Part shown: piece after piece, positions 18,101-27,038 of the stretch
How the letters are laid out: each line of letters opens with the position of its first letter
Numbering within the stretch: position 1 is the first letter of the stretch
Virus record (IMG/VR): IMGVR_UViG_3300023174_000069
Strand: one strand, 5' to 3'
Length of the DNA stretch: 64,000 bases
Source: an uncultured virus (IMG/VR IMGVR_UViG_3300023174_000069)
Taxonomy: Duplodnaviria; Heunggongvirae; Uroviricota; Caudoviricetes
Translations under genes and position numbers: made by a program
The notes under the pieces: model-generated
The model's input: the letters and a program-made list of their open reading frames with translations, nothing else
Database searches by the model: none
What the model was told of the DNA's origin: nothing

Positions 18101-19163
18101 GGATAAGTTATATCTGGATAAATCAGGTGCGCTTGTCGTTAAGAGAGGTATTCCTGAAATAAATCCCAAGAATCCCGATGAGCCCTCAACTGGTATGACT
18201 ATAGCAAATCTTTTGCTAAGACCATATACTGCAAATCCTACAGATTGTGCTGTTAGTATGGTGGACAATCGCCGCTATACCATGAGAGACATCGGCAAAT
18301 TAGAGAAGCGCATAGAAAATTTAGAGTATTATACATCTCTATCTCTCTTGGAAAAACAAACTGCTGAGTTGGTTATTCCAGATGCGGCGGGTCAAAACAA
18401 ATTTAAAAATGGATTTATGGTTGATAATTTCGGCTCGCTTGATGCCGGAGATTATAGCTGGGATTCAGGAGCCAGAGCTTGTATAGATACTGAAAGACAA
18501 GAGCTTAGACCCCAACCACAAAGAATAAATGTAGAGCTGTTTGAAAAAGCTGAGTTGATATATGATAATCCATATGATCAAGAACAAGAAGGTCGTGTTA
18601 AAAAGTGGTATCAAAAAACGGGAGAAATATATACCTTACCGTATGAAAATGTTGTTATGCTGGATCAATCTAAAGCAAGTAAAGTTTCCAATGTTAATCC
18701 ATATGCAGTATTTACATATGTAGGAGTGCTTGATATTAGTCCTTGGTCTGATGAGTGGAAAGAAGCTGATGTTTGGGCGGAGCCACATAATGTTGTAGAT
18801 GATGGAGCTTATGACTTAATTAAGGCTAGTATGGGTAATGGAAAGGGAATAACTACTAGCTACGGAGCCACGTTTAATAACTGGACTGGAATTGACATAA
18901 CTCAAGTTCCTACAGGACGACAAAAAGTAATTATTGCAGGTCACTCAGTCGTGGAACAAAAACTTAAAGAAGTTAAGGAGAGAAAACAAGAAGATAGAAG
19001 TGATAATGCCAATGCTCTTTCGGCTCCTAAACAAGGTGATAAGGGATCAAAAGGAAAATCCACCACAAAAGGTCCAGGAAAACCAGCACAAAATGCACAC
19101 GAAAAGGCTGGTAGAAATGTGGTGGGTGGACATAAAGGTGGAAAAAAGAAAAAGAATAAGTAA
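15138..19163 (+). CDS. Large virion/baseplate protein, DUF4815 (VrlC-like), N-terminal part
   Basis: PYYDDYDENKKFYRILFRPGRAIQTRELNQLQS; LARRTFDESGDY; RYTMRDIGKLEKRIENLEYYTSLSLLE; FKNGFMVDNF. Confidence 0.88.
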   Translation: MTKVNLNQYPYYDDYDENKKFYRILFRPGRAIQTRELNQLQSLLQKQIERVGAHLFEQGAQVIPGDKEGVKYINNYGFIKIAGTDGNLATTLTQLNQYWLGKTIKSLSEPLDIRAEVVGVLPPDSSGEARLFINYLKADNSGDNTKFLKNQLITTIDETPISANIVNKDAAIGTAHCVIVAEGVYFFNGNFVFVEQQKLFIQPRDIDDDSAWLEPPTALVGLKVSESVVTADEDDTLYDNALGTPNFSAPGADRLKISADIYQAPDINYSAGDFVPLLALVDGTLRQRVVNTDYSILEHTLARRTFDESGDYVVNPFIVSVENFLREGNLGGAHPIEEFQCSSKDEAIKLANKFFELPIYDADVEAEGPFAGGVQYEDAWYPTKKDGTFQDFLTLCRDRVSLKIEPGKAYVKGYEIEKIFTTIVDIPRARTLKYQNNSALYTPLGTYLIVTDVEGVPELQNYDLIELHNTPKAQQNNPGESSSTSRIGTARVLAIELLTTASATSGATYKLFLFDIKPDTNQSLSQLKSVYSGNPTFKCNCFPDYYRLFGSVSIKNQDGITDVAGALNTTSTYMLVGTGTSWKNDQTNILITNDVVRVGLGVNAAYFRVTNNPDNDNQLLVKYLSGASSILAGSVIEASYVQFQGLQEGSSLVYKLPHDAIKTVRGGAQGSPNPSEIDTVLTVRRVVASDLVTTGATSVSLTTDELFSPFSINDYIIINKNTGQWMQLQSYDGPVDAAPDGSTIASNQAILKIVGNTINIYTTSLQSKTLYVIATVQKTNSAALQRTKTLRAGTFEYFPVQLKHRYSGPYVIVESDANIISLKKADVLRISRVIQSPSFSVEPSDYSDENLPEGHINVTALYMLDSGQRDYYYDIGRAIRKSGVPKATGKIRVEFDYFEHSLGSTGGYFSVDSYNTEGTSAELRYEDIPMFINSSGETYDLACCLDFRPRVIDDDGATQIGVTAGFKTYLEPPKGSVRCDYHHYEARADKLYLDKSGALVVKRGIPEINPKNPDEPSTGMTIANLLLRPYTANPTDCAVSMVDNRRYTMRDIGKLEKRIENLEYYTSLSLLEKQTAELVIPDAAGQNKFKNGFMVDNFGSLDAGDYSWDSGARACIDTERQELRPQPQRINVELFEKAELIYDNPYDQEQEGRVKKWYQKTGEIYTLPYENVVMLDQSKASKVSNVNPYAVFTYVGVLDISPWSDEWKEADVWAEPHNVVDDGAYDLIKASMGNGKGITTSYGATFNNWTGIDITQVPTGRQKVIIAGHSVVEQKLKEVKERKQEDRSDNANALSAPKQGDKGSKGKSTTKGPGKPAQNAHEKAGRNVVGGHKGGKKKKNK

Positions 19164-19165
19164 CT

Positions 19166-22100
19166 ATGGCTAAAAGTAATTCTCGCTCTCACAAACCACC
19201 TGCAAAAGGAAATAAAAGCACTCCTCTTGCGGTCAAAAAGTCTGACGACAAATTAAAGTGGTCGAATAGTCAGCCTATCATTAAAGTTCCTGAGGGGTAT
19301 GTAAATGCCGGTCAGCCCGTAGATGTGGGTAGAGTTTCGGTAATTTCTGACGAATTAAAAACAACCGTTGGACTTTCTGGAGAAAAAATACAAACTGGTG
19401 TGCAGAGTGAGCTAGTTGATTTAGGAATGACTACTCCTGTGGACATGGGAGATAGAGTTATTGATATGGGCTTAGCCGAATACATGAGAAGTCGAGAAAT
19501 CGAATTCTCTGGAAAAGCGTTTATGCCCGGAGCCACATTATACCCATTTTTTGATGGTGTTAATGTTGAAGACTATTGCAAACCGAAAAAAGCTGATGGT
19601 ACTTATGGTAATTATGGTGATCCTCTTGTTTGTAACTCTAAGGGAGGAATTGAAGGAATTTTTAAGATACCTAATGACACATCTGTAAAGTTTAAAACCG
19701 GAACCAAGGCGTTCAGACTTACTACTTCTACAGCCAATCAGACAAACCCACCTCCAGCGTCTTTTGCAGAAGCAAAATATCATGCTACAGGTTGGGTGAC
19801 CACAAAACAAAAAACCACATATTCAACAAGAGCGTCAACACTAAACATTACTTCTGTTTCAAGAAATTTAGGATCCATTTCTACAGAAGGATCTATGTTA
19901 GAATGGGGAAGTCCTTGTCCTAGAGATCCTATTTCTGAGAGCTTTTTCGTATATGATGACGGTGGATGTTTTATTACCGCAATCGATGTTTTCTTCTATA
20001 AAAAGCCCTCAGATCCTAATAAACCTCAATCGCCAGTAATACTTCAATTAAGAGATTTGGCACCAGGAGGTAATCCATCAACTACAGTTTTGCCCATGGG
20101 TGAAGTTGTAAAAGATGCTGATGAAATTGTTATCAATCATTTTGACGGGCAAAGATTGACTGTAACTGGGAACACCACAGGAGCGGAAGGTATCACAAAA
20201 GGGCCTTGGACAAACACAACAGAAATTAAAGCAGATTCTGGTAATACTATTCAAGATGGTGTTAGTTTCATATCTAGTAATCCTGCTTTAGATATGATTC
20301 CTACTAGATTTACATTTAAATCACCAATTTATGTTGCACAAAACACCAGCTACTGTTTTGTTTTGTTGTCTGATAGTAATGAGTATAATGTTTGGGTTGC
20401 ACAATCAGGCCCTGATGTTACGGGACGTGATGGAGTAGATACATTTAGAAATATTGGTGAAGTAAATACGGAAATTGGTACTTCAAATCCTATACAAAAA
20501 GATCCTTATATTCAAGGTGTTTATTTTAAATCGCAAAATGGTATTTCTTGGACACCAGATCAAACAATAGATATTAAGTTTAAAATTTGGAAAGCCAAGT
20601 TTAAAACCGAAAGAACCGGTGAAGTTGATTTTATAAATGGTGATTTGCCTTTAGATTCACTAACACGAGATCCATTTCATTTTACTAAAGATAGTTTGAA
20701 AGTTAGAGTTATACACCCAGGTCACGGTCACACAATAGGTAGCAAAGTTGTTTTTCAAAATGTTTCTGGAGATTTACTAGGACTTGCTTGTAGTGATACT
20801 AGATACGCCGGCACTAATACCGGCAGAAATCTAATGAATAGAGTTAGTGGACATTGGATCACAAAAGTTGAATTAGATAGCTATTTGATCGATTTAAGTT
20901 TAGACCCCGATCAATCTTATAGTAGCGGTGCTACTATCTCTTCTGCTCTGTGGACAAAACCAACATCCAATGGAAAAGTTGGAGGAGCTGAAGTTACTGC
21001 AACAGCTAATGTAAGATGTGATGAGTTGATGCTACTTACAACCGCACTTGAATTGCCTCAAACTACAGTTAAATGGAATCTTCAAACTACCAGCAGTCAG
21101 GGCGTAACTGAAGATACCAATACACCATATGAAATACTACCTAGAATTAATATTTCACCTAATAATATGGTTGTGTTCAATCGTCCTATGCACGTTAGCT
21201 CTTATATTAATGAACACACACCTATTGATACTATACCAGGCCCATCTCAGGCTGATGGTAGTTTGGGGAGTGAAAAATCAATTCAAGTTAGAGCAATACT
21301 AAGCTCAAGTAATCCTAATTTGTCTCCTGTTTTGGATGAATCACGATTTAGCGTTGTGTGTTCTGCAAATAGAATTGATAATCCTACAGGACACATACCG
21401 GTTGGATCATCTGTAAATCCTAATTGTGTAATAAATGATGATTATGATTTGTTTCAGTGTTTGCCACCTACTGTTGTTCCTTTAGTATCTAATCTTAGTA
21501 ACAAAGTATATTTTACTAGCTCTACAGGAACTTTGACAGGAACACTAGACTTATCAAATGGAACGTCTGTAACAGGAACCGGCACAAAGTTTTTAACCGA
21601 ACTTTCTCCTGGAGATGTGATAAAAGATTCTACTACAGGCGAAGAAAGATTTGTTGTTTCTATTTCTAGTAATACTGTTATGACTATTAGTGCGGCGTTT
21701 GGATCAGGATCAGATGAAGCAACGGTTTTAGCTGAACCTCCTCCAATGCGAATTAAAACCTATGATGATACTGTTGCTAGACATTTGGCTAAATTAGACA
21801 TTGGTAAATTAATAACCATCACTGGTGCCACCGGTGATAGAAACTGTGCTGATGTGTATGTATTAGAAGTTAATTACACACCTGACAATACTATTGACGA
21901 CGACGACATGGGTTCAGGAAAACCATGTTTATGCGAAATTGTAGTTGATCACAGACCAAAACAAGCTAAAGGACTTCAAAACTCGTCCTTTACCTTAGTG
22001 CAAAAAGATAGATATATTGATGAAATAGCCCCTAATAGTGGAAGTGTATCTGCAAAATATTTGTCTAAGGTATTAACATTAGCTAATGCTTCTAATGCAC

Positions 22101-22417
22101 TAAAAGTTATGTTTGATGCATATCGACACTCATCAAATACGATAGACTTGTACTATCGTGTCAAAGAAATTGATGATCCTACCGACATCACTAACACCAA
22201 CTGGACGTTGGCTGAATTTAATTTGGATAAAAATGGTGAATTAGTAACAACTGTTCCGTCACCAAACGATGATATGGAAGAGTTTTCAGCATATGAAGCC
22301 AATATTCAAGGACTTCCGTCATTTAGTGCAGTTCAAATTAAAATTGTAATGCGAGGTGGAAATCCAGCTAGAATTCCAAGAGTTAAGAAATTGGTTGTTA
22401 TCGCTCTTGAGGAGTAG
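19166..22417 (+). CDS. Large virion/baseplate protein, DUF4815-associated C-terminal part
   Basis: YMRSREIEF...LYPFFDG; DPISESFFV...GCFITAIDVFF; FKSQNGISWTPDQTIDIKF; QIKIVM...IPRVKKL. These motifs normally form the C-terminal half of the same protein. Confidence 0.85.
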   Translation: MAKSNSRSHKPPAKGNKSTPLAVKKSDDKLKWSNSQPIIKVPEGYVNAGQPVDVGRVSVISDELKTTVGLSGEKIQTGVQSELVDLGMTTPVDMGDRVIDMGLAEYMRSREIEFSGKAFMPGATLYPFFDGVNVEDYCKPKKADGTYGNYGDPLVCNSKGGIEGIFKIPNDTSVKFKTGTKAFRLTTSTANQTNPPPASFAEAKYHATGWVTTKQKTTYSTRASTLNITSVSRNLGSISTEGSMLEWGSPCPRDPISESFFVYDDGGCFITAIDVFFYKKPSDPNKPQSPVILQLRDLAPGGNPSTTVLPMGEVVKDADEIVINHFDGQRLTVTGNTTGAEGITKGPWTNTTEIKADSGNTIQDGVSFISSNPALDMIPTRFTFKSPIYVAQNTSYCFVLLSDSNEYNVWVAQSGPDVTGRDGVDTFRNIGEVNTEIGTSNPIQKDPYIQGVYFKSQNGISWTPDQTIDIKFKIWKAKFKTERTGEVDFINGDLPLDSLTRDPFHFTKDSLKVRVIHPGHGHTIGSKVVFQNVSGDLLGLACSDTRYAGTNTGRNLMNRVSGHWITKVELDSYLIDLSLDPDQSYSSGATISSALWTKPTSNGKVGGAEVTATANVRCDELMLLTTALELPQTTVKWNLQTTSSQGVTEDTNTPYEILPRINISPNNMVVFNRPMHVSSYINEHTPIDTIPGPSQADGSLGSEKSIQVRAILSSSNPNLSPVLDESRFSVVCSANRIDNPTGHIPVGSSVNPNCVINDDYDLFQCLPPTVVPLVSNLSNKVYFTSSTGTLTGTLDLSNGTSVTGTGTKFLTELSPGDVIKDSTTGEERFVVSISSNTVMTISAAFGSGSDEATVLAEPPPMRIKTYDDTVARHLAKLDIGKLITITGATGDRNCADVYVLEVNYTPDNTIDDDDMGSGKPCLCEIVVDHRPKQAKGLQNSSFTLVQKDRYIDEIAPNSGSVSAKYLSKVLTLANASNALKVMFDAYRHSSNTIDLYYRVKEIDDPTDITNTNWTLAEFNLDKNGELVTTVPSPNDDMEEFSAYEANIQGLPSFSAVQIKIVMRGGNPARIPRVKKLVVIALEE

Positions 22418-22419
22418 TT

Positions 22420-22662
22420 ATGAAGTATATACCAGTTAAAGATAACCCAGGACTATACAGAGATGCAAAATCTCATGGTATAGTCAATGTAAACGATAAC
22501 GAATACCGCTTGTTTAAGGCACGAAAAGAAGCTGAAAAGAACAAACAAGCTAAAGAACAAGATCAAGAAAATAGAATAAATACATTGGAGAATAAAATCT
22601 CTAATATGGAGAATATGCTCACAACAATTTTGGATATATTAAAAAATGACCGCAACTCCTAA
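22420..22662 (+). CDS. Conserved T4-like hypothetical protein
   Basis: VKDNPGLYRDAKSHGIVN motif plus a C-terminal coiled coil; usual neighbour of the DUF4815 gene. Confidence 0.8.
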   Translation: MKYIPVKDNPGLYRDAKSHGIVNVNDNEYRLFKARKEAEKNKQAKEQDQENRINTLENKISNMENMLTTILDILKNDRNS

Positions 22663-22897
22663 AACACTACAACAAAAGTTAGCTCAATATCAAAACGACA
22701 GCTTTGATGTGTGGTTGCAAAAGACCAATGTTGTGGCAACGGAAGAAGGAGATTTGAATGAATTGAATAATATTATTTTATCTAATATTAATGCAAGTGT
22801 TGAAACATTAAATTTAGTTAATGCAATTAATTGGGTTTATGATACTACTATGAAAGAGTTGCGAAACGTACTGATTAAGTCTATAGCGATGAGTTAA
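22646..22897 (+). CDS. Hypothetical virion protein (possible fibre-attachment fragment)
   Basis: DSFDVWLQKTN and NLVNAIN motifs, as seen at N-termini of T4-like fibre/baseplate proteins. Confidence 0.65.
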   Translation: MTATPKTLQQKLAQYQNDSFDVWLQKTNVVATEEGDLNELNNIILSNINASVETLNLVNAINWVYDTTMKELRNVLIKSIAMS

Positions 22898-22901
22898 ATA
22901 T

Positions 22902-23243
22902 ATGGCAATAGCAGGAATTTTTAAAAATGCAATAGCGGTTGGTGTGAGTAATACTCTTACGTCTGTATATACCGCACCTACTGCTAAAACTTCATATTTA
23001 ATCGAGTGTGATATTGCTTGCACAGGCGATAGTGGAGTGCAAATCTCAGTTAAGTTATCAAAAGCTGATGGATCTTCTGCGTATGTTGTAAAAAGCGCAC
23101 CTGTTCCAGTAGGTTCTTCTATACAAGTTATAGACGGACAAAAAATAGTTTTAATGCCAGGAGATTCTCTGAAAGTTAAATGTGAAACTCCAGGAAGCAC
23201 AGTAGATGTAATACTATCTTTAGTTGAAGATGTAAATATTTAA
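22902..23243 (+). CDS. Small beta-rich virion structural protein
   Basis: FKNA...VYTAP...KIVLMPGDSLKV...DVILSLVE pattern, typical of small phage structural proteins. Confidence 0.75.
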   Translation: MAIAGIFKNAIAVGVSNTLTSVYTAPTAKTSYLIECDIACTGDSGVQISVKLSKADGSSAYVVKSAPVPVGSSIQVIDGQKIVLMPGDSLKVKCETPGSTVDVILSLVEDVNI

Positions 23244-23257
23244 TTGAAGAGTTTATA

Positions 23258-25807
23258 ATGGCTTATATAGGAAACGGAAGAACATTACTAATAGTAGGAA
23301 CTAACGTTCGAGACGATCTAGTTCCTGCATACGATGATGTTACTAAATCTTGGCCAGAAGATGGAGCTTTTGATAAGACTACATTTGAACTTAGTCAAGA
23401 AGTTCCTGGTGGTTATGAAGAAAATGTTTTAGTTCTCAGACAAGAATATAAAAAAGATGTATTAGTATCAAACACCACACTTCTTTCTATTCAACTTGTT
23501 TCTGCAACTCAAATAAAATTGGTTTGTAGTAACGCTTCTTTGGCGGCCGCTCTAAGTGCGATTGAAGAGCCTACGGAAGGCTTCGATGATACACAAACAC
23601 TAACAATATCAGGTTCGTCAAACAGCAACAACAATCAAAAATTTGTACTACAAGATGTTGTGTATAACGGTTCTACCATAGAAATTTTCTTGCAAAGAAT
23701 TGGTAGTGAAACTGCCAGCGCAGGGGAATCTTTAACTGTTGTTTATGGTAGATTAGGATATTGGGAAGTATTAGAAACCGTAACAGACTACTCAATCAGT
23801 GGTGAAGGAAGCAAGTATAACCGACTTATAAATTTAACTAAAGCTCCTCAAATGGAGGATAAAGTATATGTTCTGCACAAAGGAGATGCCACATATAATT
23901 TTGTTCCTTCACCAAATTCTGTTGGACCCGACCAATTAAGTCATAATTTAAGAAACTTTTCGTGTGACAGATATATTGGTGATAATACGTCCACAACTTT
24001 TGTTTTAACATTCACCGGCGAAGACAAGGTAGTTAATTCAAAAGCTCTATTAGTAAGTGTCAATGGTGTTATTTTAGAAGGAAATGACCCTGATGGTGGA
24101 ATATTAGGAGACTGGAAATTAGACACAGAATTAGTCGATGAGAAGCAAACAATTACTTTTACTAATCCTCCTTCCACAAACTCAAAAATAAGAATACTTC
24201 ATTTAGGATTTTCCACAGTTTCACGACGACAAACTATTTCTCCTGGTCAAGTTGGTGCTATTGCTAATGGAACAATCACAGAGTCTAAAATTGCCAATGG
24301 TGCAGTAACATCATCAAAAATATTCGCTAATTCTGTTACTACTAGCAAAATTGCCAATAATCAAGTAACTGGTGAAAAAATGCTATTAGGGTCCGGTGAA
24401 TCTATTCGCTGGTCCACAACCGCAGGACTTGTAAATGTACTAACCGCCGGTGCTGAAGGAAATGTAACTCTTCAATCATCTAATGGTCTTGTAGGCATAA
24501 AAAGCGTAAACGGATCTGTAAATTTTACTGAAACTACCATATTTGATGGTAGTGGAACTAGCACAGAAGGTACAGTTAGTTTAGGTCGATCACAAAATAA
24601 ATTTAAAGATTTGTATTTGTCGGGTACTAGCAACTCTACTGGTCTTTCAGTTCAAGGAACTCCAGGTCAAACATCCACAAGTATTGTAGGAAACGTATCA
24701 ATTACTGGAAATATAAGTCTTACTGGCAGTATCGATGGTGCCGACGTTTCAGATATCAGAAATGAGCTTACTGAATTAAACTTAAAATTAAATGCACTGA
24801 TACCTATTGGAAGTATAATGTTGTCTGCTCGATCTGAGGTTGTTGATTCTCAGTGGATGACTTGCGATGGCTCTGCGGTAAATACTTATACATATCGAGA
24901 GTTACATTCTAAGATTAGTAGTCTTTATGGTGGAACTGCATACCAAGCGGGAGTAACAGATCAACCATCTGCCGCAACTACTTTTAATCTTCCTGATTTG
25001 CAAAGAAGATTTCCTATTGGAAAATCTTCGGCTGATACTATAGGAAACAACGAAGGAATTTCCAATCCTTCACTGAGAACCATTAAACATACACACACCG
25101 GAGCGGCGCATACTCACACCTTTGATCATACACATACAATTCCTGGACACTCTCATACTATTCAAGCAAACAACACACTTGCAATAGGAGCTTCAGGGTC
25201 ACATACGACAGATATTGGACATACTCACGGAGTATTTTCCACTGGAGGTCCTAGTACAAATTTATCACACACACACGAAGTCACTCATAATCATGGAACA
25301 ATAACCAGTGGTAATAATGATGTTGATCACACACACACCTTTTCAGGAACAACGGGCGGGAGCGCCGTTCCTGTAAAAAGATTAGGTGCTGCTAGTGGTG
25401 GATATGGCGTTGTTTCTTATGACACCGGCTCCGGAAATACTATCGGTTCGCACACGCACTCATTCGGTGGAACTACCGCAGGACAAAGTGCAAATCACAA
25501 ACATAGTATAACAATACCTTCTATAACCAGCACATCTGATGGTCCAAATAGTGGAGGAAATTCATTGTCTCATACACACAGCGTTACAATATCCGCATTT
25601 ACAGGAAATTCCATTAGCACAGGTTCTCACACACATTCAGCAGCCAATTTTAGTGGAAACATTGGAAATACAGCAGTAAATGGTGATAATACTATTACAT
25701 CTGGTGCAAGTTCTGTGAATACTACCAGTGCAGCTACATACTCGGAAGTTTCTGGTGACAGTGTTAGTCCTTATATTGTGCTAAATTATATGATAAAGGT
25801 GCTTTAG
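23258..25807 (+). CDS. Tail fibre protein with tail-collar domain and HxH needle
   Basis: MAYIGN start, NGAVTxxKI repeats, collar motif PIGSIM...WMTCDGS...FNLPDLQRRFPIG, 12 HxH motifs and PYIVLNYMIK end. Confidence 0.85.
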   Translation: MAYIGNGRTLLIVGTNVRDDLVPAYDDVTKSWPEDGAFDKTTFELSQEVPGGYEENVLVLRQEYKKDVLVSNTTLLSIQLVSATQIKLVCSNASLAAALSAIEEPTEGFDDTQTLTISGSSNSNNNQKFVLQDVVYNGSTIEIFLQRIGSETASAGESLTVVYGRLGYWEVLETVTDYSISGEGSKYNRLINLTKAPQMEDKVYVLHKGDATYNFVPSPNSVGPDQLSHNLRNFSCDRYIGDNTSTTFVLTFTGEDKVVNSKALLVSVNGVILEGNDPDGGILGDWKLDTELVDEKQTITFTNPPSTNSKIRILHLGFSTVSRRQTISPGQVGAIANGTITESKIANGAVTSSKIFANSVTTSKIANNQVTGEKMLLGSGESIRWSTTAGLVNVLTAGAEGNVTLQSSNGLVGIKSVNGSVNFTETTIFDGSGTSTEGTVSLGRSQNKFKDLYLSGTSNSTGLSVQGTPGQTSTSIVGNVSITGNISLTGSIDGADVSDIRNELTELNLKLNALIPIGSIMLSARSEVVDSQWMTCDGSAVNTYTYRELHSKISSLYGGTAYQAGVTDQPSAATTFNLPDLQRRFPIGKSSADTIGNNEGISNPSLRTIKHTHTGAAHTHTFDHTHTIPGHSHTIQANNTLAIGASGSHTTDIGHTHGVFSTGGPSTNLSHTHEVTHNHGTITSGNNDVDHTHTFSGTTGGSAVPVKRLGAASGGYGVVSYDTGSGNTIGSHTHSFGGTTAGQSANHKHSITIPSITSTSDGPNSGGNSLSHTHSVTISAFTGNSISTGSHTHSAANFSGNIGNTAVNGDNTITSGASSVNTTSAATYSEVSGDSVSPYIVLNYMIKVL

Positions 25808-25808
25808 T

Positions 25809-26801
25809 ATGGGAAAATATTTAGGATCAACTAGCCCAATAGGAATGCTAGAAATTCAGGATTTAACACCAGAAATTGATGGTACTAAAACCACATTTTC
25901 TCTGATATATCCAGCTCCTACTCCATCTTCAATTTTGGTCATATACTCCGGCAATATTTTGCGACCAGTAGGAACATCCAGTGTTCCTTCGGAGTATTCA
26001 TTAGATGCTGGTGGAACTAAGTTAGTATTAAAAGAAGCACCCGTTCAGGGATTCTCACTACACGTTGTTTATTTGGGTCGAGAGCTTACTATACCAGTTT
26101 CTGTCGGTCGTTCGCCACTTTTAGTTCAAGTGGATTGTGTTGATAGCATCGATGAGTTTTCGGTATCTCAAACAACTTTGATTCCTAGTGCGTTAATAGT
26201 ATTTAAAAATGGTGTTCAGCTTAGACATCACAACACACAAGATGGTGTAATAATTAATGAAGGTGACTTTTACATAACTTCTGAAAATAAAATAAAGCTG
26301 ATGTCGTCACCTAGTGTTGGTGACAAGTTGGACTTTTACATATTAGGACTTGAGAGAACAGACTTAGTGACTGTGGATGCCAATTCTATTAGTACCGGAA
26401 AAATACAAGATGGTGCGGTGACTCCTGAAAAGTTAAATATGATTTTTGCTACATATAACCCAGTTATCAGCACGTTCTCTGGAATGAATAGTGTAGTACA
26501 ACACACGTCAATAAAAGAGTATCAGTCTTTAGGAAAGCTAGTTAAACTTCGTCTTAAATTTCAAGTATCACTATCAGGAACAGAAGATAACAAGATACGA
26601 TTTACACTACCAGTAAACAATGACGGTAGCACTTGCATCTCGGGATCTGCTACTATATCTAGTAATACGTCGGTTGAGTCTGGAATAGTCAGGTGGGGTG
26701 CGGTGAATGCGCTGGACATCTATAGACAGTTTGCCGTTAATTATAGCATCAATCAGACATATACTATTGAAGTGTTCATAGAGTATAAAGCTGCTTCCTA
26801 A
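25809..26801 (+). CDS. Fibre-associated structural protein
   Basis: Two DGxxTTF...VFxNG...Y...P beta-domains, DGAVTPEKL repeat and a C-terminal beta-domain. Confidence 0.75.
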   Translation: MGKYLGSTSPIGMLEIQDLTPEIDGTKTTFSLIYPAPTPSSILVIYSGNILRPVGTSSVPSEYSLDAGGTKLVLKEAPVQGFSLHVVYLGRELTIPVSVGRSPLLVQVDCVDSIDEFSVSQTTLIPSALIVFKNGVQLRHHNTQDGVIINEGDFYITSENKIKLMSSPSVGDKLDFYILGLERTDLVTVDANSISTGKIQDGAVTPEKLNMIFATYNPVISTFSGMNSVVQHTSIKEYQSLGKLVKLRLKFQVSLSGTEDNKIRFTLPVNNDGSTCISGSATISSNTSVESGIVRWGAVNALDIYRQFAVNYSINQTYTIEVFIEYKAAS

Positions 26802-26802
26802 T

Positions 26803-26840
26803 AAATCCAAAAAAAAAGTTAATAATTTTGGATTTTTTTT
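26803..26840 (+). terminator. Possible intrinsic terminator (AT-rich stem plus T run)
   Basis: AAATCCAAAA / TTTTGGATTT inverted repeat followed by T's. Confidence 0.4.
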
Positions 26841-26860
26841 CTAGGAGAGATGTTTGCCTG

Positions 26861-26868
26861 TATAAATA
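26861..26868 (+). promoter_or_regulatory. T4-type late promoter (TATAAATA)
   Basis: Exact consensus, intergenic. Confidence 0.75.
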
Positions 26869-27038
26869 AGTGCATAACAAACTGTAATTCATAATAATTT
26901 TACATTATTCAATCTCGACCTGACAATCTTATTTAATGGTTCTTTCAACTGAACCTGTCTTTGCGATGCACCGTGAGTGTTTCGTGACTTATTATTCTAA
27001 CAATTAAAACAAACTTAATTCTTTAAGGGAATACTAAA

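Noticed and set aside
19142..19168. A_AAA_AAG slippery heptamer just before the stop of the 15138 ORF, with the next ORF in the -1 frame, suggesting a programmed frameshift fusion
   Set aside because: The -1 frame hits TAA at 19157-19159 before reaching the downstream ORF, so a single -1 shift cannot fuse them.
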